DNA of 63,822 nucleotides, the filler included, from Stramenopiles sp. TOSAG23-3 (Eukaryota), in NCBI GenBank assembly GCA_900128585.1. It is 6 parts of 6 records of this genome, joined end to end, with 100 filler letters (N's around TTAATTAATTAA, not from the genome) between each part and the next. Parts side by side here need not be neighbours in the genome. Positions count along the whole stretch, not along the records: positions 12,463 to 24,783 come from LT642690.1; positions 24,884 to 37,189 come from LT642691.1; 4 more parts are not named here. One strand, given 5' to 3'. The first letter of the stretch is position 1. Every line of letters starts with the position of its first letter. Of the stretch, positions 12,363 to 25,163 are shown piece after piece. The notes beneath the pieces are model-generated. The model searched no databases. It was not told where the DNA came from and worked only from the letters and a program-made list of their open reading frames with translations. The position numbers and the translations under genes are program-made.

Positions 12363-12462
12363 NNNNNNNNNNNNNNNNNNNNNNNNNNNNNNNNNNNNNN
12401 NNNNNNTTAATTAATTAANNNNNNNNNNNNNNNNNNNNNNNNNNNNNNNNNNNNNNNNNNNN
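12363..12462. other. Artificial contig linker
   Basis: 44 N + TTAATTAATTAA (stops in all six frames) + 44 N. Confidence 0.98.
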
Positions 12463-12816
12463 CTAATATAATAATCGTTCTTCTTGTCTTCTATTTTTTA
12501 TAATTTTCATTATTTTTTAGAGACCACAGGACCGTTGTTTTTTTTTGGTGGGTGGAGAGTGGAGAGATTCAAAATTTGTGAATTGGTGGTTTTCAATACA
12601 GTGTACCTGTACCTGTACAAGGACAATATTAGTCTTTTGTATTGTGTTTTTACAGGGAGTTAATATAGTATAAAAAAAGATGTAATAATAAGGACCTCTG
12701 GAGGGTTTGTGTATGTATTGTACTATTTGAAATTATGTAAATAGACTACTATAAACCACAGGGGAAAACAACTGCAGCAGGTTTTTAATTAGTAAAAAAG
12801 TTGCAACTAAAATATA

Positions 12817-15800
12817 TTATCTATTTTTTTTATCTTGTGTTCGTTCGCGTAATTTGAAACCTCCTCTCTTCTTCTTGTTCTTCGTCATGGACTTACGTTT
12901 TCGAATGGATTTTTCAATTTTCGCTTTCTCCTTTTCTTTCTTTTCACGATCCTTTTCCATATCGGTGTATGCAACATGGAACGGCGACGTGTTTAATTGG
13001 GGTCTCGTTTCGTGCTCAGGTCCCCACCAATGCCTGTACGGCCCGGTTCTCTCGTATATTTTTTCGGGGCACCGGTACACGTCAATTAACTCCCGGAATA
13101 TTTCGTCTTCGATCTCTAAACCAGCGCGGCGATATCGCTCGACTATCAAAGCGTCATAATGTTCCACCAGCTTCCTGGTGCCTTTCCTGTCTTCTATCAT
13201 TTGGCGGTGATATTCTTCTGTTAGCATAGGCCTGCCGTAAATTCGTTGCTCGAGTTTGTTGATTATTTTCCGGGCTTCCTCGGTATGCCCTTGCTCAAGA
13301 ACAATCTTCAAATCTTCCATATCTTGCCCCGTGCTCATCAACTTTTTCAGAAACAGTGCGTCGACGTTAGCGATGCGACGGGCCAAATCAATGTTTTTAA
13401 CAAGATCTTTCAAAGCCTTGTGATTCGGTAAATCATAGAACGATATGTGCGGAGCCGTGCCAGTGAAGAATACCCTTATAAATCCTCCGATGGAAACAAA
13501 ACACAAAAAGAGCAATGGGACAATACTGCTGACATCTATAAAAGAACCCACCACTTCGTTGTATTTGCTGGAGAAGACGAAGAATTCATATTGACCCGAT
13601 GGCTTGCGTTCTCTCCCATCGTCCATTGTGTTGCCTTGGCGCGGATTCATAATTTCCAGTTCTGAAATACCTAAACCTTGCTCTCCGCATTGCAAAGACC
13701 AACTCAATTGTAACTGTTTTCTTAAATCTGCGATAAGTCGTTCGTCGTTCGTCATAGTATCTAACGATGAATCATCCAACTCTAGCTCGATAGAAGATTG
13801 GTTCAACGCACCGCCCGTGCTCGAGGCATTGGTGGTGACGTTACCATAATTGACCGAAGGAGTCCCCAATGTCAACAAGCACGATAAGTACGCGTCTTCC
13901 ATGCACTTAGATGATGCACCAGCGTCAGTGCAATGGGTCGCCATCCCTGTCATCTCATCAAGTGTCATTACGTCCACTCCTTGGCAGCCGTAGGAATCTG
14001 GGAAATAAGTGATTCAATACCAAATTTTTGCTGGTCTCGTTCAGAAGATTAATTAAATCGAGTCTCCTGTTGGTCACAGAATTATATTTTTCCTCTGAAA
14101 ACAACGGCACCTCCCGGCGAAATGTATAAGTTTTCTGATCTTCGCGCAGCAACGTTAACTGGAGGAAAAACTTCATCCTCTCTGGCGCCACAGCCGCTGC
14201 AGAACGAAGTTCTTCCCGTTTTGCGGTCGTTATTGGCCAATTAGTACCAGACGTCCATGGTAAATACAGCAACTGCCCTTCATACAAAAATATAGTCTCC
14301 CGATCGGAGGAATCTAACTTCGCCAAGGTATTATATTTCTTTTCCAAACATGCATACGTCGAGGGCGGGTTATTGTTTTCCCCGGTCGCATAAGGCATCC
14401 AACTAAGATCATTGCACCCGACAACACTTGTGTTGCTAGGATATGGTCTTAACATTTCCTCGGCACACGATTGTTTTTCCTCGCAGTCTGTTACTGGTAT
14501 TTGGTCGATTTTATACATTGCTGGGTACCCAACGACGCCTAACTGTACAGACACCATCAGGACAGCTTTCCCTTCGCTTGCTTGTTCAGAAAAACTGAAG
14601 AAGAAAAAGGGCAAAAACATGAGCACTAAAATTAAAAGAAAGGACCCAAACCCCGTGACAAGCTTTCCCGGCTGCTTCATGCCCCTGGGTCGAATGCCCT
14701 CTCGGGCTACATAGTCAAGACCACATCCGACAATGTACAAACTTTGGCGGATGTCCTCAAATTTTGTGTTGTCTGTAATAAACATCACCGAATCAAGGCA
14801 GTACCAATCGAGCAGAACTTTCAGTTCGTAGACCAAAGGTATCATTTTATAGGTATACCACACCAAACTGTCCGCCCAAGTTTCGTATTTTAGAAGCACC
14901 GGTTCCCCAACAAACGGGGGGTAGCCGTACGATATTTGCAATGAGGAGTAATAAAAGTACGGCATGTGGATTATGAACAAAGGAACGCGAAATAAATCAA
15001 GATTCTTTCCTTCGAAAACCTCGCCACCAAAGTTATGGTGCATGCACAGAAGAAAAACCACCAATTGAATTATAAGCAGACAGCACTTTGCATTCACCCT
15101 TCGCCACATATATATAATGCGGTCTGCCACTATACAACAAACAACGTATATTACCCGCATTGACCATTTAAATGTAAACCCCCCCTGCACTACGGTGTTT
15201 ATGTCTGTGATTCCATAAGTGAATACGTATATCAGTAGGCACAGTTGAAACGTGACAGTCAGTGCATAAAAATCTTCCCCCGGTTTCTGCCGGGCATAGG
15301 GATACTTTTCGTGTACACCGTCCGGGCATATACTTAGGTAAATCTCGTAGACTACAGAGTTCAGTGAATGTGTAATGCGATTGCAACAGTCGGTAACACA
15401 CCTAACAACCCAGAACCGAGATCGTTTACCCTCCAGTTCTGGGTTTGCGTTTCTCACATAGCTGCCCAAGTACCCTGCGCCGTTTGCTTTCAACGATCGA
15501 ATGTGGAAAACTATAGCAAAAAACAGAAACAGGTCAGAACCAATAGACGATATATACAGTCCTGAATTTGCAGCGACGACAATGTGATTGATTGAATTCT
15601 CTACTACCGCTGGGTAAACTTTCTCAACGCCGAACAGCGTATCAAATTTTGAAAAATTTGTTTGCCCTGGTTGTGCTGGGATAAACTCGCACTTCTGGTG
15701 CTCTTCCGGGATGTGGGTAACATTACAGTACGGGTAGGCATTAAAATAGGTTGATGCAATGTAGCTGGGGTGGGTCACATTTGCTGGGCTCCACGGGCTG

Positions 15801-18800
15801 TAACACGCGCACAGATTTGGCAGTTGCCAGGTAAACTGTAGCAATATGTGCAAGGAGACCCAGGCCAAAGCGAGATTCCACATTGGTATGGGTACATTTT
15901 GAACAAAGTGGTTCACTGACGACTGTTTGTAGCAATTTACAAATGGCCGTCCCAGGCACCGGACGAATGAATTGGCGGGCATCCCTTCATCCCCTTCTTC
16001 GTGCAATGAAGGATTATACGCGGCGGTGTTAAGAACTTCTTCTTCCGTCGCGCCCATTTCGTCCAGTTTTTCCTTTTTTCTCTTTTTTTTTAAATGAATC
16101 ATATTTACAAGGGCGGCCAACATGTTGTGGTTTGTCATGTCTGACTGCTCAGTTTTCGCGGAAAAATGGATAAATTGAGGCATCTGGTAATCGTGCTCCC
16201 CCCACTCTTTATTAAATTCTGCCAGGTGCGAACTATAATGAAGGCCATCTCGCGTCTTCGGGCCAAACAAAACAGAGTCCGTACCCTCTCTCCGCCTTGA
16301 CATGCTAAAACACCACTCGTTGTACCATTCTTGTACATCATATATGTATTTGGGGTGCCCATTCTCCATCTCCGTTTCTAAACCGAGTTTGTCTTTATCA
16401 TCCTCGAATTTGATACCAGGGAGTTGCTGAGGATTGAACGTTAGAACAGTAAACATGAAAATGGGGTAAAACATTGAAAACAAGGTCATTTGGACGAAAT
16501 AGCTTAATGTCAATGCAAACAAAACAACGAAATAAGACTTTTCCCGTAGGACTTCGCCAAAGTAATTTGTGAAAGCAATGATCTTGTAAAGCACCCTAAC
16601 GCAGGAATTTATGCTGAGGTCATTGCTCAGTCTTTCTAGCTCTCCCTGAGCTTCATTGGTAAATTGTCGCAAAAACGTCTGCGCATCATCTTTTAATTGT
16701 TGTGTCGTTTCTCTGACCGTCGTTGTTTTTTTCAGCGAGGTGGCCGGAGCGATATTATCACTATGGCTGCCCGCGTTCGACCCGGGGTCTACTGCATTCT
16801 CCTCTAAATCTTCCCCATCTAGTATATACCCGTCATCCTCGTTGCTACTTTGCATCCTTAACGGGATTTCTGCTTCCGATTGGGCAGAAACCAGTCTGTC
16901 GGCTGAAAAATTTCGTCTGTGACCAATTTTCCACTGTTTTACAGCGGCACTTCTCCTCTTCATCGCATTGACCATAACCTCATTCACAACGTATGCTATT
17001 TCATCCTGAAGATCTTCTTCGATGAATAAACGCTGTAACTCTAGAATGTAAAATGCAGACTGGCCCAACAATTTTCCTTTCTGGTGCCCGCGGTGTTTCA
17101 GCGCAGCTGTGTACGTAAACAGCCGACTTGTATGCACTCTTTGCTGGAGAAGCGCAATTATAAACACCCATACATCTGCCATGATAATGCCCCAACCATT
17201 TGAAGAATGTAGTCTGATCCGATTTTTGTAAAATGTATGGCTCTCCCCGAAACCGAAAAGGGCATCCACTGAATCTCTCGTTTGCAACCGTTCCATATCT
17301 GGGTACTGAAATGCCAGACGGACCCAAAGTGCAAAAAAAGAAACCCCAACTAGGCTGCGCCACCATACTCGCGCGTTGCGTTCTTCGGATGATGCCGCGT
17401 CCAGCATGAGGATATTTATGCATATGAAAATGTACACCAGCGACATAAGATTAAAACAGTGCCCCGACACAAAGCAGATTATAAGTGTCGCTACCGTCCT
17501 GGAATAACGGTATACAAACCATTCAAAATGGTCCCAACCGTCTTTTCCGTTGCGATAGTAGCCTTTGCCATGGGACCCAATTCTCAGGCTCCACCCACCC
17601 AAAATTTTCGGCTTCGATTTGCTGAAGTCATCTTCGAAATGGAAATCTCGAGCCAAGTATGAATCAAAATCAGGTAGAATGAAGGAAGCCCTTCTCGAAT
17701 TATCTTCCTCATTTTCTCCTACTATATCGTAACCGTTTTTTATATCGTGCACAATGCCATATGCATTTTTGTCGTTTACATCATCGTACCATGTCGCGAC
17801 GTCAAGAATTGCGGGTTTTTCGTTAAATTTATTTCTGACAGAAATGTCCAGTTTTTTATTTTCCGACGCACTTTTTCTTATACTTGCTTCCGCTTCAAAC
17901 AATTTTTGGTGCAAAATCATTAGTGCCAAAATCAAAGCGTCCCAAATTGCTAACACGGGATCATCATTTTGAATCGAGAGCCATCGTAAAATCGCTCTCG
18001 TCTTCTCCACATCCGCATTAAGAGTACTCTTCTGTACTGTCTTAGTGGTATTGAACGTTACGTTAACGACATGGCTGAAAACGGAAGTCGACGATGGTTC
18101 AAACACGTCCAGAAACCCGTCTGTATACCCCTCCACCCATGTGCCTAATCGCATCACATACTGGAACACAAAAACTGCAGTAAACAGTGTCATGACATAA
18201 TTCCACCACGACCGGCATTTTTCGCGAGGCAAAAGCATAAATGCTCCCGCGACTGTCAAATGCAGCATTCCAACAACATCGCCACGAAATGCAGATGAAA
18301 TAGCCACTACAGCAATAAAACGTTCCACTTCCCAGCCATAAAAGAACGACACAACTTGAACCTTGTAATCCAGAAGATTGCTCTTCCTTTCGTCCTTTAT
18401 TTCATCTTCTGATAACCTTTCTTTCAGCGCTGGAACTATGGGGTGCAATTGACTGTCATTCCCATCCTCCGCTCTCATCGCGGACTCAAACAATTTCTTC
18501 CACAAATGTTGAGATGCGAGCAAAACGTACAGAGAAAAGTGCAAAGCAACAAACCACCCCCAATCGTGCGTTCCTTCAACATCTGGGCCCGTGCGAAGGC
18601 CGATCCAGTCGGTAGTTGAAGATGTGAATGATAAAAAAAACGGAAACTGCCAAATATAAACGAGCACCAAGACTAATGGGGTCAAGACGTAAACTAAATA
18701 GCTCGTTATCGTTTTGCACTTCCCAGAGCAGCAGTTTCTGAATTCTACCCAATACAACGATAGCAACAAATAGAGAAAGCCAATTAAGCCCCGGTTGAAA

Positions 18801-21800
18801 CAAGCATACAAAGTGAACCCAGCCGAAGTAAATAGGGGCGACAGGGTTTGCAATTCGACCAACTTTTGCAAGTATACAAAAGAGCTTTTGGCATTTATTT
18901 TCTCGCTTCGTGTCATTGCCTTAACTTTGAATATAACTTTTGGGACTCGCCACAGCAGGACAGAAACCAACGACAGAACCGCATTTTCGAATGCATTGGC
19001 TTTGTTGAGCAGGGAATCTTTCTCCACACCATATTCATCTATAACTCCGAAATGGTGCAACTTCAAAGATGCGTGTAACCAGTAAGAATTTATCCAGATT
19101 TTCCAACCGTTTACAATTGAACACGCGAACAAGTACTGCGAAGATGCAACGAAGGCGGCAAGGAACGCTATGTAACGGCAGTATTTCCCGTAAAACTTCG
19201 AGAACGTATACGGCAGCCGATCGCGCTGTTTTATTGTCTTGTATGGAAAACTGACGGCCCATAGAGCGCCAATTAAATACGCAACTCCTACGGCCGAAAT
19301 GGGATATCTAAACACATTACTCAGCATAAGACAAACATGGAGGACAACAAAGGTCATAAAAATGCTGACCCGGTGTTTGTACAAAACACGATACAAGAAG
19401 CTTCCTTTTAGCTTTCCAAAGTCCCTCGTGCGTAGAAAGGAATCGTACCTTCCGAGCAACGGATCGTTTCCAACACTCTCCTTTTCTTCGACTTCGGTTT
19501 CCTCGACTTTCTTTTCATCGGTACCTTCTTGAACATTTTTTTCTTCATTCCCTGGCTCGTCACTGTCGCACATTTCGTCGGCGGTCTCCGTGTTTGATCT
19601 AGCCGGGCGCAGTTCCATTATGTATTCATCGTCGTCGTCATCATCCATTGAGACTTTGGTTGAAACTGACGCTATACTGGGGTTGGACCTTCTTCTCATT
19701 CGCCCTATAACGCGTATGTGAACAACGGCAAAAGCTACCGCGATTGTCAGAAAAGCGATCGATATAATTGAGTACGCGTCTCCGTAATTTTGCAGCCGGG
19801 AATACTGCCCAGACGCAGTTGAACTCTCCGACATCGCCGTCATGTTGTTGGCTAATGTTTTGTTTTCGAACGTGTTTTTATAATTAAATATTTTTTCAAA
19901 CCCAAGACTATTCTCAACACTTATCAAAACGCTAGCTAAACTAGGCAACTTCAATACGTACACTGATAAAACCGTCGATACGGCAATGTAATTCAGCCAT
20001 TTCCATAGCGATAAGAAAGTCTTTCCAGCGGAACCGCCTTTCACTTGCATTACCAACAGTGAAAACGTGAATATTAGCCAATGAAACAAATCGACGTTTG
20101 CGTAAGAAACCGAAAAGAATACTAGCAGCGCAAAATATTTCTCGATTTGGATTAATTTCAACGCATAACGCAATGATTTTCTGCACATGCCTTTAAATGG
20201 TTTCAACACCGTGTTGTTATTTGGTTTCATCTGCGCTTTCCATACGGAGCAAAAGAGGCCAAATAGTAGCCCTGCGAAAAGCATTCTTTCCTGGTTTGAT
20301 GGTAACCAGTTGCCTGTCCCTCGATCCGGTTCGAGCCATGATATTCCAATATCGAGGAACACTTGGTTCGTAAACACAGGGTCGTCCGCATTCGCCACCA
20401 ACGCAAACGAAATGAATGAACTTCCGATATACAACGTTATCATGTACATGACAGTGTAGACGATAATAAACGGAATCCATTTGTGAAACACCAGCTCAGG
20501 AAAAAATAGTCCAAAGGCGAAAACAATCAAAAAAATCAATGTTAAAATTGTCACCTTTAAAGAAAAGACGCCAAAAAGCAAGGCAGCAGTGCACCAAATA
20601 AAGCGAAGATATGGGTGTGTAAGGGACTTCCACAAAAGCTTGTTCGCATTATAGCCACCTTGAAGCATACCCTGAATTGTCATCACACTGTCTGTAGAAA
20701 TCGATGTTCCGCGTTTCCCTTTAAGAGGAGTGCTATCGTCTTGGGGGGACGGCGTATTTTCGTCTTGGGGGGGATCGCCTATACTCAACGCGACTTCTTT
20801 CTGCCCCCCCAAGGAATGGTTATGTCCAGCTTCGCTAAGTGACTCAGGGGAGGGCAATAAAGGATTCTTGATGGGAACCATCTCGTTTTCTTTGAATTCA
20901 GCCTGATCATTATGTTTTTGCTGTTGCATACCATCAAATTCCAAAAGCAGCGAGAGGCAGATCTTCAAACACACCAAAGGTAATAACGGGAAATACTTGT
21001 GGGGGTAAAACCCGTTAAATGCACTGACTTTATTAAACCCAATAATGGCATCGTGTCGAAAGGCTGGGATGCCTCTTACATTGTACACGTATATACCAAG
21101 TGCATACAGAAACGAATATACATTCAATGCAACTAAAACCACAGATCTTCGCTTTGAAGAATGCGGGAAAAACGACGAGAATGAAGGCTGAAGAATATCT
21201 CCCTCCATAAAAAATGCCCAATATACAGAACAAAAAATATATAGTGCCAGAATCGGAAACGTCAAAAGCGACGGGTTGATCATGGCAATCAAAAACGACA
21301 GATTTACAACCAAACCATCACACAAATGCAAACCTTCAATGGATGAAATGTAAGTTGAGGTGGCTGGCAAATTTACTGTGCGCCGTTTCTTCATGATAGC
21401 AAAGCTGGTCGACGCAATTGCGATGACTGCCACTTCAGGGAGGAGCAACCAAAAATTTGACGTTGAAAGCTTCTCGATGCCCAGTGTACAGTGAAACGGG
21501 CGGGTGTTGGTCTGGGGAGTAAAATAATTGCAATTGTCCCCCCATGTATCCTCGCTATTTGAAAGAAAAAGGTGCATTTGATATGCCACGTTTGTTAACA
21601 AAACCAGTAGGGCGTAAACGACCAAACAAACAGAAATTTTCATCCGGAACGATTGCGTCTTTTCTGTGGAGCCCATCGCCATGGGAATTCCTATAATCAG
21701 AGCAATAAAATACACCGCCGAGAATATTGTCACGCGCAACAAACAGAGCAACAAAACTAGCCACTGTACTGCCATCACAATGTCTATGGCAGTAAACGAC

Positions 21801-22364
21801 ATAACCCGCGCCTTTACATTAGCCAGCCAATTGCGAAAAGCAGCAGTAGCAATTTCCATGTTAAACCAAATAATACCTTCGTTCTCGGAACGTCTCGTAT
21901 CTCTACCTGCCGCTCCCTTTTTCGGGGCACCCTTTGCTGTGTTCCGGGGTTTGTTGCGACTTTCTTTTGTGCCAGTAGACTCGTCTAACGTTGGCGGGGG
22001 CAATGTTTTGGGCCCTTCCTGCGGGGCACGGTCGCTTTTGGCCTTGGATACCGCCGGCTGCGATGGTAAGACCTCGTCCGATTTTGACGAAACGGATTTA
22101 GATTGTTCAGGATCTTCGGCCTGTTTTGCAGCTGGCGTTGGGTTTGTACCAGAAGACACACCAGCGTCTGGTTCTTGCGACTCACTTAAGCCTGGTTCTT
22201 GCGACTCACTTAAGCCACTCACTTAAGCCGGGTTCTTGCGACTCACTTAAGCCAGATTCTGGCGAATAAATAGAATTGGATGCCAAGATTGGAGAGGCAT
22301 TAACGTTTGCAGCCTCGCCGTCGCCTTTCAACAAAGGCGACGTCTGCTGTTCTCTATCACCCAT
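12817..22364 (-). CDS. PIEZO: Piezo-type mechanosensitive ion channel (~3180 aa if two frameshifts at ~22217-22229 and ~13970 are repaired)
   Basis: Dozens of TM helices; DRIIYMWR, SSLQISYGYP, IPLVYELKVLLDW (PFEW-like), KFEDI and PRGMKQ. The C-terminal ORF has the inner helix IGGFIRVFF and ELIDVYRCPEKIYERT. ATG at 22364 lies in a GCCATGG context. Confidence 0.93.
22169..22253. repeat. 24-bp coding tandem repeat (GLSESQEP) in the Piezo N-terminus: three full units plus one 13-bp truncated unit
   Basis: (T/G)GGTTCTTGCGACTCACTTAAGCC at 22169, 22193 and 22230; truncated unit at 22217-22229. Confidence 0.9.
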
Positions 22365-23433
22365 GGCCGTCGCGTGTAAGAACTGCAAATTCCAACAAGT
22401 CCCTGAGAAAACTACAAATTGTTATTGCATTATTGCCTATTGCAACAAATGAGGTCCTGAATTGCCTCTTTTATATCCCGGCCAGCCGGCAGAATGAATC
22501 CCGTACCTGCACCGACCGGTAGTCTCATACTGTCGGTAAAAAATAATAAAATTATTATTATATATAACTTTATTAAAAAAAAGAAGGAAGAAGAAGAAGA
22601 AACCCAACAACAACCTCACACTTATTATTACCCTTTATTATATATTATAATATTATATTTATGAAGAAACACAACAAGAGGACACCATGATCAATAAAAC
22701 AAATATTCAAAAAAAAGCTATGAAGCGAAGCGAAGAAGAAAGAAGAACTTTGATTTTTTTAAAAGCTTTTTTTTGATGTTGAAATTAAATGAAAAATTAT
22801 TATCTTGTCGGCTTTCTTACCCCCACCACATCATGTATAACATTCCATGCTATGTACCTGTCAACATTATAGATTTGATGATTCTTTTTTTCATTGTTTT
22901 TTTTCTTCTTCTGTTTTAATATGTATACATCCAAAAAACATTGACGACTTTTTCTTTTGTTTTATTGCTATGGTAATAGGTTATAGTCAGTAGGTCTAAT
23001 ACAAATTATTATAAATGTAAACCTGTGATACAAGTACAGTCGTCTAAATTATATTAACTACTATGTTAGCAACTCCAGCACTCAGAAATAAAACTGCAAA
23101 TAGTATGAGTCTAATGAGAAGACAGCAGGTAAATAAATACATGGTGTAAAATAGACACATCAAACTTAACATGCAATTAGTACCGTAGTAGTAGGTGAGG
23201 AGGTTATAGGAGGAGGTATAATAATCGTCGTTCATCGCGCGAGAATATGGCTTTCTCGCAGTGTCAAGACCCGAGAGTAAAACTGTTGGATCTAAATCTG
23301 ATTATACCACGCATTGGTTGCCACTGTACGACAATGTGGGAAGTGCACTGCAACATTTTCTCAGTAGACACAGCTGTTTCATTCAAAGGTTTTTGACACA
23401 GATAGGTTGTTGCCGGGAACAGAAGAGTCGAAC

Positions 23434-24039
23434 ATGGGGTGCTCCAGCTCAGCGTATACAGTGCCACAGGAACCGCTCCCAGATGATAAATACTACGGAT
23501 GGCTAGATGATTTAGACACGTTCATGGGGCAAGTATTTAACCAAGATATGAAAGCGTGGGGGGTTAATTCAGACTCGACGATTGAAATGGCTGGTAGAGG
23601 TCTGCTAGATCCACCGTTTGAAAACGCAGACGAAGAAGAGTATTGGTATAGATTTAGAGACGCTATATTTCAAGCTCATAGTAACAGGGATACTGTAGAT
23701 ACCGCAAAAAACTCAGGGGCGAAACCTGAAGTGAGTGGGGCTAAACAATTTTTTCAAGAAGCGGAAGAAAAAGAAGATATAAAACAAATTGACCCAGAAA
23801 TTGTCAAATCGGTTGCATCTAAATATTTGTGGAAATCAGCGTATTTACAAATGAGGGCAAAACAATACATTGACAGAATCTCCCGGGGAGAAGATAGTTT
23901 GGTATGTAAAGCTTCGTTTCATGGGTCTTTCTCAAACAAAGCGATAGACATGGATGACGAAGATGAGGACGTTGGAAGTGTGGAAGATGACTACACTGAT
24001 GCCGACGTTGTCAGCGGAGGGGGGGATTTGGGGATATAA
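23434..24039 (+). CDS. Hypothetical protein with dual-acylation N-terminus (MGCSSS) and acidic tail
   Basis: ATG at 23434; MGCxxS myristoylation/palmitoylation pattern; 201-codon ORF. Confidence 0.7.
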   Translation: MGCSSSAYTVPQEPLPDDKYYGWLDDLDTFMGQVFNQDMKAWGVNSDSTIEMAGRGLLDPPFENADEEEYWYRFRDAIFQAHSNRDTVDTAKNSGAKPEVSGAKQFFQEAEEKEDIKQIDPEIVKSVASKYLWKSAYLQMRAKQYIDRISRGEDSLVCKASFHGSFSNKAIDMDDEDEDVGSVEDDYTDADVVSGGGDLGI

Positions 24040-24115
24040 TTTTAAGATTAATCAATGGTTCGTACCCATTACTGAGTTTTTATACTAAAAATTGTGCAAG
24101 CTTTTTAATAACAAT

Positions 24116-24783
24116 TTAGCTGAATCCTCCCTGTTCCATCTGAGATCGCAATTCGCTTATTCTTTTATCCCAGTTGAATTTGAAGAATTGTTCTTCTTCA
24201 GAAATACTATTGTAATTTTTTCTTACGGCTGCCACATTGGCTTTGTAATTCTCCACGTACTTCTGGTATGACCGTCTTCGCGCTTTGTCCATCAGTCGTG
24301 TGCACCTTGTTGAAAAACTTGTAATTGTTTCTGAAACCGTCGGAGTCCCCTCTCCGTTTTCACCATCTTCTGCGGCATCCTCTAGCGCCTCTTCGGGGGC
24401 GTCATCTGCTGCGCCATCTTCGCCCATCTTTGCAGCCTCGTCTTTTAATACGAAGTCGCTCAATGGGAGGCCCGGCCACTCCTTTTCTACTATTTCGCCA
24501 TCCAGAACCAGTGTGCCTGCTTTCCGCGACACTGTCTTCCTCCGCAACGATTTCAAAGATTTTCTTTCTTTTGCCATTTCTATTTCCTTGTCGCCGGGTA
24601 ATTCAATGATATGCCAAGGGGCAATTTGAGTGTCCCAGACTTTCATCACAATTTTTGTGGCTGCATTGAGTTCATTCAAGTAATTCATGGCACACTTTTC
24701 GGTCAATTGCAAAATAGATCCCAAAGTGTCCTTTAACAACTTCTCTGATTTGTTTGCTCGAGCAATTTCCGCTTCGCACAATT
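24116..24783 (-). CDS. CCDC180: 3' fragment of a CCDC180-like coiled-coil ciliary protein (5' truncated by contig end)
   Basis: ERKSLKSLRRK...WPGL...STRCTRLMDKARRRSYQKY...EEEQFFKFNWDKRISEL matches my recollection of the CCDC180 C-terminal pattern (AR..Y..Y...W...W). Confidence 0.6.
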
Positions 24784-24883
24784 NNNNNNNNNNNNNNNNN
24801 NNNNNNNNNNNNNNNNNNNNNNNNNNNTTAATTAATTAANNNNNNNNNNNNNNNNNNNNNNNNNNNNNNNNNNNNNNNNNNNN
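24784..24883. other. Artificial contig linker
   Basis: 44 N + TTAATTAATTAA + 44 N. Confidence 0.98.
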
Positions 24884-25163
24884 TAACATTGAATAACATC
24901 TAAAATGGCGAAAAAACTTATTATTTTATTAACCAAAAAAAGAAGAAGAAGAGCAAGAAAGATCAACAACTTGGATGTTGGAGCAAGAAGCCTAGAACTA
25001 TCATCAAATAATTATTAGTATTAAAAAAAAGAAGAAGACCAACAACAACAACAAACTAAACAAAGAAGAAGAATTAGCAAGAAGTCGTTCGTAGTTCTTC
25101 GTACTGTAGCAGCAGATTTTCGATTGGTTAGTTGATTTATTGTTGGTGCGTGCACACATACAA

